A stretch of 63,571 bases of DNA, filler included, from Chiloscyllium plagiosum (lineage: Eukaryota), in the NCBI RefSeq assembly GCF_004010195.1. It is 4 parts of one record of this genome, joined end to end, with 100 filler letters (N's around TTAATTAATTAA, not from the genome) between each part and the next. Parts side by side here need not be neighbours in the genome. Positions count along the whole stretch, not along the records: positions 1 to 18,381 come from NC_057712.1; 3 more parts are not named here. The stretch is one strand, 5' to 3'. Positions 1 through 12,020 of the stretch are shown in pieces. The stretch's first letter is position 1, and each line of letters starts with the position of its first letter. The notes beneath the pieces are model-generated. The model saw only the letters and a list, made by a program, of their open reading frames with translations. It did no database searches and was not told where the DNA came from. A program made the translations under genes and the position numbers.

Positions 1-420
1 GTGGACCACGACTTCGGGCTGCTCCCCCTCCCCCTTAAGGACCCGGAAAACACGATCAGAGACGTCACGTACCCTTGCACCTGGGAGGCAACATACCAAA
101 CGTGAGTCTCTCTCGCCCCCACAGGACCGCCTATCTGTGCCCTCTCCTGCGCGCAAAATAGGAAATAAAACTTACCCAGGTAAGATTGCGCTACAACAGC
201 TTCCGGCTGCCCCTCAGGTCGTCGTCACTTCCTCCTGCTGCTCCCGCTCTTTCTGTGAAGAGAAAAAAAAATCACCGCTGCCCGCTACCGTTAAGTAATT
301 TTAAAACAAACTGTCTCACCTTAGCTGGAATCTTCCGGGTTCCTTTACACTCTGCTGCTGCTCGCACTCAAAAAAAAACTGTGAAGTGGAGCTTTTCTCT
401 CTCAGATGTGTAAACGAGTT
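1..420 (-). mobile_element. CR1-type LINE 5' portion (ORF1 SGNH-esterase fragment plus probable 5' UTR), runs off the window start
   Basis: Minus strand 1-140 translates to RDSRLVCCLPGARVRDVSDRVFRVLKGEGEQPEVVVH, typical of the CR1 ORF1 esterase; the adjacent sequence is CpG-rich. Right boundary approximate. Confidence 0.75.
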
Positions 421-793
421 TTGTGTTGTGTTATATGTTTCTTTAAACATACTCCATTCACAGATTTTCCCAATTCACTGTGGGCACTCTCTGTCTTATT
501 TCATTAAATCTAAAACTCTAGGTGCTGATTTATGCTTTTTGCTTTCAAACACTATGCTGAACACGATTATCATTTGTTAAATTTTCACACCCAATTTGGT
601 TACTAATTAAATATGACTCTTTACTAAAACCAAAGTTGCTTGTCCCCTTGTTGCATCCATGACGTACTACTGTAAGAAAGTATTCTGGACACCTCCAGAA
701 ATTCACAATCTTGATATCCTAAAGCCACATCTCAGTAATGGCTATGTGAAGATTAAAACCATGCATGATTACTAGTGCTTTTCTTTACATACC

Positions 794-2350
794 CTCACGA
801 TGATACAAAGCTGGGTGGGAGGGTGAGCGGCGATACTTCATTGTGATTTGGACAAGTTGAGTGAGAAAATGCCTGGCAGGTGCAGTGTAAAGTCATAGAG
901 TCATAGAGATGTACAGCATGGAAACAAACCCTTTGGTCTGACTCATCCATACCTAAATTAATCTAGTCCCATTTGCCAGCACTTGACTCATATCCCGCGA
1001 AACCCTGCCTATTCATATACCCATCCAGATGTCTTTTAAATGTTGTAATTGTACCAGCCTCCATCACTTCCTCTGGCAGTTCGTTCCACACACACATACC
1101 ACCCTCTGCATGAAAAGGTTGCACCTTAGGTCCCTTTTAAATCTTTCCCCTCTTGCCCTAAACCTATGCCCTCTAGTTCTAGACTCCCCCGCCCCAGGGA
1201 AAAAGACCTTGTCTTTTTATCCTATCCAGGCCCCTCATGATTTTATAAACTTCCATAAGGTCACCCCTCAGCCTCTGATGCTCCAGGGAAAATAGCCCCA
1301 CCCTATTCACCCTCTCCCTATAGCTCAAACCCTCCAATACTGGCAAGATCCTTGGAAATCTTTTCTGAATCCTTTCAAGGTTTGCAACATCCTTCTGATA
1401 ACAGGGATACCAGAATTGCATACAATATTCCAAAAGCGGCCTAACCGATGTCCTGTATCGTTGCAAGATGACCTCCCAACTCCTACACTCAATGCTCTGA
1501 CCAATAAAGGAAAGCATACCAAACACCTTCTTCACTATCCTATCTACCTGCAACTCCACTTTCAAGGAATTCTGAACTACAACCTGCACTCCAAGGTTTT
1601 TTTGATCAGCAACACTCCCTAGGACCTCAATGTGGATAAATGTGAGGTTTTCCACTTTGAGAGCAAAAACACGAAGGCAGATTATCATGTGAATGGCTGT
1701 AAATTGAAAGATGTACAATAAGACCTGGATGGCCATTCCCTGATTGTTAAGAAGGCAAATGTTATATTGGCCTTCAAAGTGTAAATTTGTAGACAGTATT
1801 ACCCATAGTAGGATCAGGGATGCTTTGCTGCAATTATACAGGATCTTGGTGAGGTGCCAGGAATATTGTGTGTAGGTTTGGTCTCCTTAGCTGAGAAAGG
1901 ATATTCTTGCTATAGAGGGATTGCAGTGAAGACTTACTAGACTGATTCCTGGGATGATGAGACTACAGTACAAGGATAGGTTGAATTAGTTAGAACATGT
2001 TTCACTGAAGTTGAGAAGAATGAAGAGGATCTCATAAAAAGCTATAAAATTCTAACAGCAGTAGACAGGATAGATGCAGAAAGGATATTCCTGATGATAG
2101 GAGTCACAATCTAAGGAGAAAGTGAGGACTGTAGATACTGGAGAGTCAGACTGCCTGACTTGCTGTGCTTTTCCAGCGCCACACTTTCCAACTCAAAGTG
2201 TAACGATACAAGGCAAACCATAAAGGATTGAGATTAGAAAAAATGTCTTCATCCAGAGAGTGGTGAACCTTTGGAATTCACTACCACCGAAGGTGGCTGA
2301 GGCCAAAACATTTTATGACTTCAAGAACGAGTTGGAAATAGCACTTGTGC
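794..2350 (+). mobile_element. Degenerate CR1 LINE ORF2 3' fragment, interrupted by a younger antisense CR1
   Basis: DDTKLGG-like start at ~795; resumes at ~1628 with NVDKCEV; later RVVNLWNSLP motif at ~2260. Confidence 0.7.
892..1626 (-). mobile_element. CR1 (HER1-like) LINE 3' end
   Basis: ORF 1179..1736(-) contains RPLLEYCMQFW, LERIQKRF and RLRGDLMEVYKIM; short repeated gtcataga tail at 892-908. Confidence 0.9.
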
Positions 2351-2929
2351 TGAAAAGATCCTTCCTATATTTAAGGAAGTCACATACTGCAGATTTAGAT
2401 CCCAACTTAGCACTCCTTGTAACCATGGCTCTGTTAATGCTACAATATTATACCCAGTTAAATGAGTTTGTGTCATTAATTCATCTATTTTGTTTTAAAT
2501 ACTACCCTCAGTGACTGACCTGTGCAATAAACAAAAAAACTTTAGAGATTATTTTGCTACGTACCATTTTAGGATCTGACTTCTCCAGCCACACCATCAG
2601 CTATTATCATAACAAACTGTGACCTCTTTGCAGAATGGTAAATGCTTGAATTTAAGAGAGATCTATGAGTTTTTCAAAATGATTTATTTTCTGAATGAAT
2701 ATTCTTTAAACAAGATTTTTTTTACAAAAATTGATGATCGTTTCATGGTTGTCATTACTGAACTAGCTTTATAGTCTAGATATTTATAAATTGAATTTAA
2801 ATTCTAACAGTTTCTGAATTATTAGTTCAATGACATTAACACTAACCATGTTCTTCCCTCCAAAACATACTACACAAACTAATCTCCCCCCATAGATCAC
2901 TAGAAATTTTCAATTTTTTTTTTCACCAG

Positions 2930-3202
2930 TTTGTCAGAACGTGAACAATGAATTTCAGTGCATGTGCAAAGAGGGATTTACTTGGAACTCAGCATTCTGT
3001 AGTAAATACCAGCCTTGCAGTGGAAATTTCACATCGGGTCAGACCTGTGACTGCATCAGGAGTGAACCAACAGAAGGGACATTCTGTGAGCCCACTGCCA
3101 TAATGACAACCACTACACCAAGCATTATGTCCACATCTACACCAAGAAGTACAATACCCACAACTGTGTCAGCAACAACAATGACCCCACAAGATAACCT
3201 AG
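2930..3202 (+). CDS. Adhesion GPCR ADGRF family (ADGRF5/GPR116- or ADGRF3-like) exon: Cys-rich N-terminal module plus Thr/Ser-rich stalk
   Basis: Polypyrimidine tract and AG at 2928-2929, GT donor at 3203; phase 1 at both ends. (V)CQNVNNEFQCMCKEGFTWNSAFCSKYQPC...CDCIRSEPTEGTFCEP matches the recalled Cys/Trp spacing of ADGRF5 (VC...CSCETGYGW...C...C...CSC...GPFC). Confidence 0.85.
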
Positions 3203-3589
3203 GTATACTGAACAACATTTATTCCTTTCACTTACACAGTTCTGAGTAGGAGTCATACTGTATTCAAAATAGTAACTATTTTTCTCTCCACAGATGCTGC
3301 CAAGGCTGCTGCATTTCTCCAATATTTTCAGTTTATCATTTCAGATCTCCAGCAAGCAGTGGTATTTTGCAGTTATATAATATTATGCATGAATTGAATG
3401 CCTAATGGCTAAGCTTATTTCAAAGAAATAAACAGTGACAATGTTGAGCTGTGTAACAAACTTATATTAACTGTTTATTTGCAGAAAAAAAATTGAAAAT
3501 TGATACTTAGGCCTAGATTTCTATGGAGGCATGGAGAACCAATAGCTCTGGGAACCTAGACCTAGAAGTCCTGCCCCCACTTCTGATAG

Positions 3590-5010
3590 ATTCCAGGGAA
3601 AATGTGGCATACACGTGATGGAATATTCTCTACTGCTAGGACACGTGCAGTTCCAACAGCACACAATAAGTTCAATATCATTCAGAACAAAGCAAGTTGC
3701 TTGATAATTATCCTGTACACAACCTCCAATATACAATTTTAGCAATGTTTGCTATTTCTAAGATGCAGCACAACAGATCAGCTAAGCTGATTTGACAAGC
3801 ATCTTCCAATCCATGACTTTTATCATCTGGAAGGACAAAGGCAGCAGATGCATTAGATTACAGTACTTGCAAGTCCCTGTCCATTGCACACACCATTCTG
3901 ACTTGGTACTACATCACTGCGGCTTTCTTTTATGGGGTCAAAGTCCAAGGCCTCCCTTCCTAATAGCACTCTGGTTGTACCTAAGACCATAAGATATAGG
4001 AGCAGAAGAAGGCCATTCAGCCCATCTGCTCCACCATTCAATGAGATCATAGCTGAAATGATAACCTCTTAACCTGTCCCACAAGACAGTCCCTCCATAC
4101 TCTGTATAACCTTCTCTGGGCTGTCTCCAATGCTAGTGTATTTTTCCTTAGATAAGGAGGCCAAAACTGTCCACAGTATTCTAGCTGTAATATGATGAGT
4201 ACCTTGTATAGTTTTATTAAAACCTACCAACTTTTATGCACTATTCTCTTTGAAATAAAGGCAACATTTTATTTGCTGAACTTGACTGCAGAAGGACTCC
4301 CAAATCGCTCTGTGCTGTAAAGTCACCATACTCTTACCAGACCATAGAGTTGCTCTCCCATTTGAGAAAGAGAGACAACTTATGGTGGTTTTAACTTGAG
4401 GGTTACCACACCTCAGACAAGGGGAGAGGTGGAGAAGGAGATATCTTCATGATACCTCAGCTGCTGTGGCAATTGAACACATGTTGTTGGTATTATTCTG
4501 CACTACAAACCAGCCATCCTGCCCACTGAGCTAACCACCACTCCATCCCAATTTGTTGTATTCTGCAGCCTTTTTCCATTTACTGTAAATGTTATTAGCT
4601 CCTCTGTTCTTCCTGCCAGACTGCATTATCTCACAGTTGCCGACAATATTCCCTCTGCTAAGTTTTTGTCCACTCAATTAACCCATCTGTATCCCTCTGC
4701 AGACTCTTTGTCGCATCTTCACCGTTTGCCTTCCCACCTCTTTTGAGTAATCCGCAATGTTTGCGATAGTAGTTATTTTCCTCATCCAAATCATTAATAC
4801 TTACTGTAAATAATTGTGACCCCAGTGGCACACTATTAGTTACAGGTTGCCGTCTTGTAAATTTCCGTTATTATAACTGCCTGTCTCCTAATGGCCTATC
4901 CCACTTGGACTGCAATGGTTCAAGAAGGCAGTTCACCATCCTTAGAGCTATAAGGGTTGGGCATTAATGATGGACTACTGTGTGATGTCTGCATCCTGTG
5001 AAAGAACAAG
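3590..5010. mobile_element. Nested repeat cluster: CR1/L2-like LINE 3' end (+) interrupted by CR1 (-, ~3987-4890), itself interrupted by a tRNA-derived SINE (-, ~4320-4537)
   Basis: 3590-3985 and 4890-5010 resemble 27150-27660. CR1 tail ccataagatataggagcagaag at ~3987. The SINE head reads ggttagctcagtgggcagg on the minus strand. Confidence 0.6.
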
Positions 5011-5229
5011 ATATATATATAGGGACCTGATAAGTGAAATGTAATTTGAAAAGTTCTGACCAGGCCAAATGCAACTTTCCATTTTCATTTCCATTGAATT
5101 TTGACTATATATTTCATTAACTAGGAGCAAGTCTTTTTATATCAGAATACCGAAGGTCAGTTTGCAGGAATGAAGTTAGAAACTGAATGTTGGCTAAGAA
5201 TGCAGTCCTTCTAGATCAGAAACTAAAGA

Positions 5230-6260
5230 ACATAATAGAAGGAGCAGGAAGGAACCATTGGGCATCTGGGGGCTGCTCTGCTATTCAATACCAATCCGAT
5301 GACTGATCTTGAACTCCAATTCCACTTTCCTGCTGAGTCATCACATCCCTCTATTTCAGAAACATCTCTCTATTTCAGAATTAAATAAATTCATCAGTGA
5401 AACAGCCACAACCACAAAGTGGAGAATTCTAAATATTTGCAACTCTTTGCAGTGAAGACATCTGTCCTCATCTCAATTCCAACTATTGACATGCTACAAT
5501 ACTATTCCTGTATTCTAGTTCTCTTGCATTTAGATTGAACAACCTTGCTCATTATACTCAATCTGTCATTTTGCTCTGCACTCAATTTAATGAGGCAACA
5601 TGCCTTTATAACCATTCTATGTTTTCCTCACACTTTATATTTCCATGTAACAACACTAAATTTAGACACGTAGATGTTTGTCTCTCTCTCTCTCTGTAGG
5701 TCATTGCTTCAGATTATAACTAGTTGAAACCCCAGTGCTGACCCTTGTGACACTCCACTTGTCACAGCCTATTAACTTGAGAATGATAAATTACTATGTG
5801 CATTTTAGTTCCTATAAGTTAACAAATCCTCTATCTATACTGCTATATCACCTTCTAGACCTTATCTGGTGTGTAAAACTTTTGGATAGCACTTTATCCA
5901 ATGCCTTTTGAAATCCAGGCATACCATTATCTACAAGTTTCCCTTTGTCAATCAAATCAGTTAATCCTCAAAAACATATCAGAAAAATGTTGAACGATTG
6001 GGCTTTTGCAAAACTATCTTCATTTTTCTGAATATAATTTGAACTTCTAGGTACATTGTTAAGACTTTTTAAATAATAAATTTCATCACTTGACTGCAGT
6101 CAAGTCAATGCCAGTAGTTCACTGCTTTATCCCCTCCCTTCTTTCTTGAATAGCAGTGTTATATTTGCTAACTTTCGATTTGCAGTGACAGTTCCAGAAT
6201 ACAGGGGAGTTTGGAAAATCATGTCTAGTGCATGTTCCAGTGCTATAGATTTCTCTTTTA
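5230..6260 (-). mobile_element. Old degenerate CR1 LINE fragment
   Basis: CR1-type tail at ~5230; minus-strand DFKRHWIK-like (degenerate DF.KAFD) motif near 5900; W..ANITLLFK near 6160. Confidence 0.55.
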
Positions 6261-6522
6261 TAACCCAACAATATAAGAAAGCAGGAAAAGTTAATGCACA
6301 GAAATTTCACCCGGCTCGTAACATATTAGTGTCTCAACGGTGGCTAACATGAGGGTCATAAAATAAGCCAAAAACTGAAATTCAACCCCAAGATTACATA
6401 ATCCTGTTACAAGTGCACCCTACATTACAATGTGCTGAGAAGGAGGTAGATGTGTGTAGTCCTGACAAATTTTGTATTATTACTATTTGAAATAATAAAG
6501 TAAAAATGATTTTATTTTGCAG

Positions 6523-6629
6523 TACATCAGAATCATGCGATCAGAGATGGAGAATTGGCCTTTGTAGAAGAATTAAATAATCGGTCCTCGTCCTTGTTTA
6601 AAAATCACTCAAAACGATTTAAGGAGTTG
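6523..6629 (+). CDS. ADGRF-family exon: first part of SEA domain
   Basis: ttttattttgcAG acceptor and GTatgt donor; phase 1 to phase 0, in frame with the previous exon. (V)HQNHAIRDGELAFVEELNNRSSSLFKNHSKRFKEL carries the SEA motif F..EL.N.SS..F. Confidence 0.85.
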
Positions 6630-7454
6630 GTATGTAACAATGAGTAAAGTTATAAACTCAAAGTGTTTTATTCGTTACTGTCTGCTTTTGGTAGGTAATC
6701 TTGCATTTCAGAAATGTCTGATTCTGTAAATGAAAATCATTGTTTGAGATCTTAAAATTTTCAAATAGGAGTATGTAAGCCTGCCACTGTGCAGATCTGA
6801 TGTTTTTAATTATTGTGAAAATTAGTTTAGCATCTAGCCTAAGAAACAAACGATTCATTGACTTGGTGCAAACCTTTTTCACAAAACATTTTGAGGGCAT
6901 CAGTAGTTTCTCTAAATAATTGTGCTAATAATACGTTTCCATTTTAAAATGTTTCCTTATGGCTTCCATTTTAAATGTTCAAATGAAAAGTCTTGCAGAA
7001 AGTGATGTTTCTGATGCAAAGCACCCTGAATACAGATTGAGATTTTAAAATGATAGCTGAAAATGTGTTGCTGGAAAAGCGCAGCAGGTCAGGCAACATC
7101 CAAGGAGCAGAAGAATCGATGTTTCGGGCATGAGCCGATATACAAGCAAAGCATGGTTTTAATATAGAAGTGAATCTGACTTGCTAACTGTGAAATATTT
7201 GTGTAAAGTGGTTTGCAGTCTTCTGCTGAAGCGCAGAAACTGACATCTTGATCACTCAGGTACCCAGGCCCTGTTCTGCTTTGATGATGTCATTAATATG
7301 GTGGATAATTGAACCATGAGATCCAATCAAAACCCAGGGCTAGTTTTCTTTTTTACTGTTAGTAAATTACTCTTGCAATAGTTCCTTCTCAGGTTATGTT
7401 GCTTTATTTATTTGATGCGTGTCTTTATTAGCTGCCATAAGGGATTATGCCATA

Positions 7455-7720
7455 AAGTGGTTATGTTACTGAACAAGTAATTCAGAGGCTGGACCAATAA
7501 TCAGGTGACACAAATCCAAAGTGTCTTGCAGCATTTGGGAAATTCAAATTTCGTCAATTCAAGAAATCTGGAATAAAAAGCTGGTATCAATAATGGCGAT
7601 TTTGAAATTATTAGACCCAAAACATGTTTACTCGTGTCCTTTAGTGAAGAAAATCACTGCCCTTATATCAACCAACCCACCTCCACAGCAAAGTTTTTGA
7701 CTTTTGACTGTCCTGTAATT
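7455..7720 (+). mobile_element. tRNA-derived SINE family B (degenerate copy)
   Basis: Shares aaatctggaat...actcgtgtcctttag body with copies at ~20850-21170 and ~58850-59160. Confidence 0.55.
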
Positions 7721-9909
7721 CAGTTTCGCAAATTATTAATCTCTCTCTCCCACTGTGACCCTGATCCCTTTTATCTGTCTCTTTTTCTATCTCTCTGAGA
7801 CCCGAGTTCATTATGTTAGTCTCTCTCTCTTTCTCTCTCTCTCTCTGCTCAACAAGAACATCTCAAGGAAAATTAAAGACAAATAATAAACATTGACCGG
7901 TTTAAAAAACAAAAAAAAAATGTTGCTTTGAGGGGTCTTGTGGTACAGTGGTAGTGCTCCTATTTTCAGGCTAGAATGCCCAGGTTCAAGTCCTACCTTC
8001 TCCAGAGGTGTGTCACAATATATCTGATGTGGCGAGGAGAAAAACAATTGGCTTCTGAAAATAAATAATGTTGGCCTTAAGCATTTTTGTGCCTGCAACT
8101 GGGTTGGAGGATAAGAGCATCTGCTATGGATGTAAGTCTTTACATTTCTCAATCTTTTTGATATATACAAGGCAGACTAGCAAGTTTTAAAAAGAAAAAT
8201 AATCAATGTTGACATGGTGTTGTGGCACAGGGGTAGTTTCTCTACCTTTGGGGCAGAAGGGCTGAACCTGCGATAGGGATGAATTGTAATATGTACAAGC
8301 ACGTTTGTTAGAAAAAATGCTGGCCTGCCAGCAATGCACATGTTCTGTGAATCAATCAAAACCATTGACATTAAACCTTTGCTACCTTAATGTTTATGAA
8401 GAGATATTATTCAACATCCAGGTGACGTTCTTCTTGGCTCTAGATAATAACTCAGTACATTAAGTGTGTTTCAGAAGAATGGCTCACTCCTGGTCATTAT
8501 CTTACCATTGGTAATATGTTTTTAGCAGCCAAAGTGGTATAAATATAAATTTGAAATCAGCTTAACGTCTATGAATTGTTCCATTCTCAAGAATCTATTA
8601 ATAATGCTCAGGATATAGTTTCGGGAAATTTGTACTGTTTGTGCAGTTCCATCTAGTGGTGGAAATATGAACTTTGCAAGCTGTAACTGCTTTAAAATAC
8701 TAAATCCTATTGATAAGCTGTTACAATGTATGATGATGTTGCTGGATGATAAGGAGTGTGTGTCATACAAAGCGAATTTAATGGGCTAAAATTTGCTGTC
8801 AGAATAACTTTGAGGATATGCGATTTACGCTTAAATGTGACAATGATTTTGCACAGGAATCATGTAGAGGTTAAACTCAAAAATCCAACTCTTGCTGTTT
8901 ACAATCCACTGCTATTCCATTAGCTTTGCAAAAAAAACATTGTCTGCCACATAACTGACATTCATTGAATAATATAAAGCTGTAGCTGAGACACCAGCTA
9001 ATCTCCTCAAGAAGTTTAAGTACTGTTCATATCAGTCTAGCTAGCCTTCAAATAACATGCTAACTATTTTCACCAAGACCATTGCCAATCAACTTCCTGC
9101 CACTGAAGATTAGTTATTCCAGTTAGGGAGTTTTATTTCTTCAAGTTTTGATACTTGTCAAACATTTTAAAAATGTTAACTTTAAATTTCATTCATAAGT
9201 GGAATCCTGCCAGCCCTAAATGATATAGATGATGACATGTTTTTGAGAAAATATGGCAAGGGCAGAAAAATGAGAGTCTTGACATAAGGGGATAAATACA
9301 TTCAGATTTTCCATTCAGTTTGAATGGTGAGTTTAGAATCTCACTGATAAACAGAGAGATGGCCTACTCATATGCATTTGAATCTCATTATCCCCTATAT
9401 TAACCTCATTCATATGCACTTTCCTATTCCCCCACATGTCGGAGAGAAACTAAATGCTGTCAGTTCACATCATGACAGTCAGTGCAGGTGCATGGTGATG
9501 CTAACTTGCTGCTTGCTCCTCTGGGCCTCCATCCTAACCAGCAGTCCCCACTGTCCGTGGACTCCTATCACAGGCAGCAATTGCCTGCTCCCTCCATCCA
9601 CAGAGATTGGCATCAGACTAACCCTAACTCGAGCCTTAACCCTAACCTTAGTCACATCATTTAGAATACAATTTTCCACTTCAGTAGTGCACTTTGGAGC
9701 ACCTTTCATCGTAATGCTGCAGCAGGGCACTTTATTCAGACGGACAGGCACCAACCTCATATATTGGAACAGGATATACCTTGTGGCTCTTTATGTGTTT
9801 TCTTAGCACCCACTCACTTTGGTCATATTTGGATGCACACAGCATCGCTGCATTGCCTTGCCATTTTGTACTTTGCTGCCTGATTCAGGACTTACACAGT
9901 ACTTTTTTA

Positions 9910-10203
9910 AAAATTAGATTCCCTACAGCGTGGATACAGGTCCTTCGACCCAACAAGTCCACACCGACCCTCTGAAGAGTAACCCATCCACTCCTACATT
10001 TACCCCTGACTAATGAACCTAACACTATGGGCAATTTAGCATGGCCAATTCACCTGAACTGCACACCTTGTGGAATGTGGAAGGAAACTGGAACACCCAG
10101 AGGAAACCCACGCAGACACGGGGAGAATGTGCCTGAGGCCAGAATTGAGTCAGGATCCCTGGCACTTTGAGGCAGCAGTGCTAACCACTGAACCACCATG
10201 CCA
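9910..10203 (-). mobile_element. HE1-type V-SINE
   Basis: Reverse complement of tRNA-like head (tggttcagtggttagcactgctgcctca), V-core fragment and CR1-like tail. Confidence 0.9.
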
Positions 10204-10459
10204 CTTTTGTTCTGCCTTACCTTTTAATGTAGACACAAAGCCAGGCAGTTTGCCATGTTTGTCAAAAATGATAAGTCAATGTGGTGAACATGTTGCTACA
10301 TGGCACCATTTAATATCAATGAACCAAACCACATGTAGCAGCAACTTATGTGGCAAGCGCAAGTCAAATCTAGAGGAATTGTCATCGTCAGGAGGTCCGA
10401 CCACAGATGGCGAAAGGCTTTGTCTGATCTCAGTTCAGGGATTCAGACATGGTCAGTCA

Positions 10460-11887
10460 GCTACTTGGACTAGGCAGAATCAGGGATTCCATGTCATTTC
10501 AGTGGGCCACAGTCCGTCCTGGGGTGTCTGTTCACTCAAAGTCAAAGTTGTTATTGGAGCTGCTGCTGCATTAAGGAAGTTGGGCAAATCAATTGTGAGG
10601 ATTAGAAGCAACATGTTGCGATGCAGAATGAACAATGCAACACACACATAAGGGTAGGACAAATGTGAATTGAAAGTCTACTGCAGGAGGGAGGCTCATC
10701 GATAATCATTACTATCCTGGCTTCAACAAAGAAACAGTGCATCATGATAATGAGCATGATTAAGCGGTAGGTTTTGCGCTTGGGTATTATAAGAAAAAGG
10801 TAAAAACAATGACTGCAGATGCTGGAAACCAGATTCTGGATCAGTGGTGCTGGAAGAGCACAGCAATTCAGGCAGCATCCGACGAGCAGCAAAATCGACG
10901 TTTCGGGCAAAAGCCCTTCATCAGGATTTTGCCCGAAACGTCGATTTTGCTGCTCGTCGGATGCTGCCTGAATTGCTGTGCTCTTCCAGCACCACTGATC
11001 CAGAATATTATTAGAAGAAGAAGACTTAAGTTAAAGAGTTGGATGGGAATGTTTGATTGACCTCACTGCCCCAATTGTAGCAAGCAGGTTATTCATACAA
11101 TTTGAGACAGATCACACCATATCATCTCTTTTGCCCTGATGAGATCTTTGCTTCAGATGGGCAGTGGGCTTTGCCATGATAGCTGGTTTCCTCCAGATTG
11201 AGATTGTACACTTGTGTAATGTACATACAGCGTGATTGCTGTTATCAACAGAACCAATGTACAAGTCATCTGTGATCATCAGGATCTCAGTTTAGAAGAA
11301 TGAACCAGGTACCCTGGAAACTGCCATGATGCCTATGTCCTTGAGAAGCCTCAGCTTCCTGCTTCATTTCAGGGGCTGGAATTCTTACGAGGATGGTTCC
11401 AGGGAGACAATGACTGCTGGCTGCACCATGGCTTATGTCGCCATTGCACAACCCCCTGACTGAGGCATAAAGTAGATACAATGCAGTCAAGATTAGAATG
11501 GTGCTGGAAAAGCACCGCAGGTCAGGCAGCATCTGAGGAGCAGGAAAATCGACGTCTCAGGCAAAACCTACCTCTTAATCATGCTCATTATCATGATGCA
11601 CTGTTTCTTTGTTGAAGCCAGGATAGTAATGATTATTGATGAGCCTCCCTCCTGCAGTAGACTTTCAATGCACATTTGTCCTACCCTTATGTGTGTGTTG
11701 CATTGTTCATTCTGCATCGCAGCCTGTTGCTTCTAATCCTCACAATTGATTTGCCCAACTTCCTTAATGCAGCAGCAGCTCCAATAACAACTTTGACTTC
11801 GAGTGAACAGACACCCCAGGACGGACTGTGACACATTAGCCAGACTGTAATGACATGGAATCCCTGATTCTGCCTAGTCCAAGTAGC
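10460..11887. repeat. ~320-bp inverted duplication (arms 10460-10777 and 11561-11887)
   Basis: Arms are reverse complements with few mismatches; the ORF track shows the same peptide ATWTRQNQGFHVI...RCRMNNATHT on both strands. Confidence 0.95.
10800..11005. mobile_element. Fold-back (palindromic) Penelope-like element end
   Basis: Near-perfect inverted arms (~10833-10911 versus ~10927-11006) of the PLE terminal sequence; imperfect flanking duplication tattataagaaaaag / tattattagaagaag (13/15). Confidence 0.85.
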
Positions 11888-12020
11888 AGCCTTGTCTTCT
11901 GCTAGGGCCATGATGGAGATGATAATGGCCTTCTGAAGATGAGGTTATGATATATGGATTGGTGTGGGAGGCTTTGCAGTATGGTCCAGAGGGAACGTCC
12001 TGCATAATCCTTCCACAGTT
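11090..12020 (+). mobile_element. PIF/Harbinger DNA transposon remnant (DDE_Tnp_4/HARBI1-like transposase), disrupted and split by a PLE-associated insertion
   Basis: Fragments IAGF..DCT, INR.TNVQVICDH, RYPGNCHDAYVL and WLMSPLHNPLTEA*SRYNA up to 11486; then LLKMRL..LQYGP..VLHN after 11890. Confidence 0.7.

Noticed and set aside
9618..9651. Telomere-like ctaaccctaa repeats
   Set aside because: Only a few degenerate units; too short to call an interstitial telomeric array.
10070..10651. 193-aa ORF and other short ORFs with CGRKLEHPEETHADTGR or CWKSTAIQAAS peptides
   Set aside because: Spurious translations of HE1 SINE and PLE ends that recur throughout the window.
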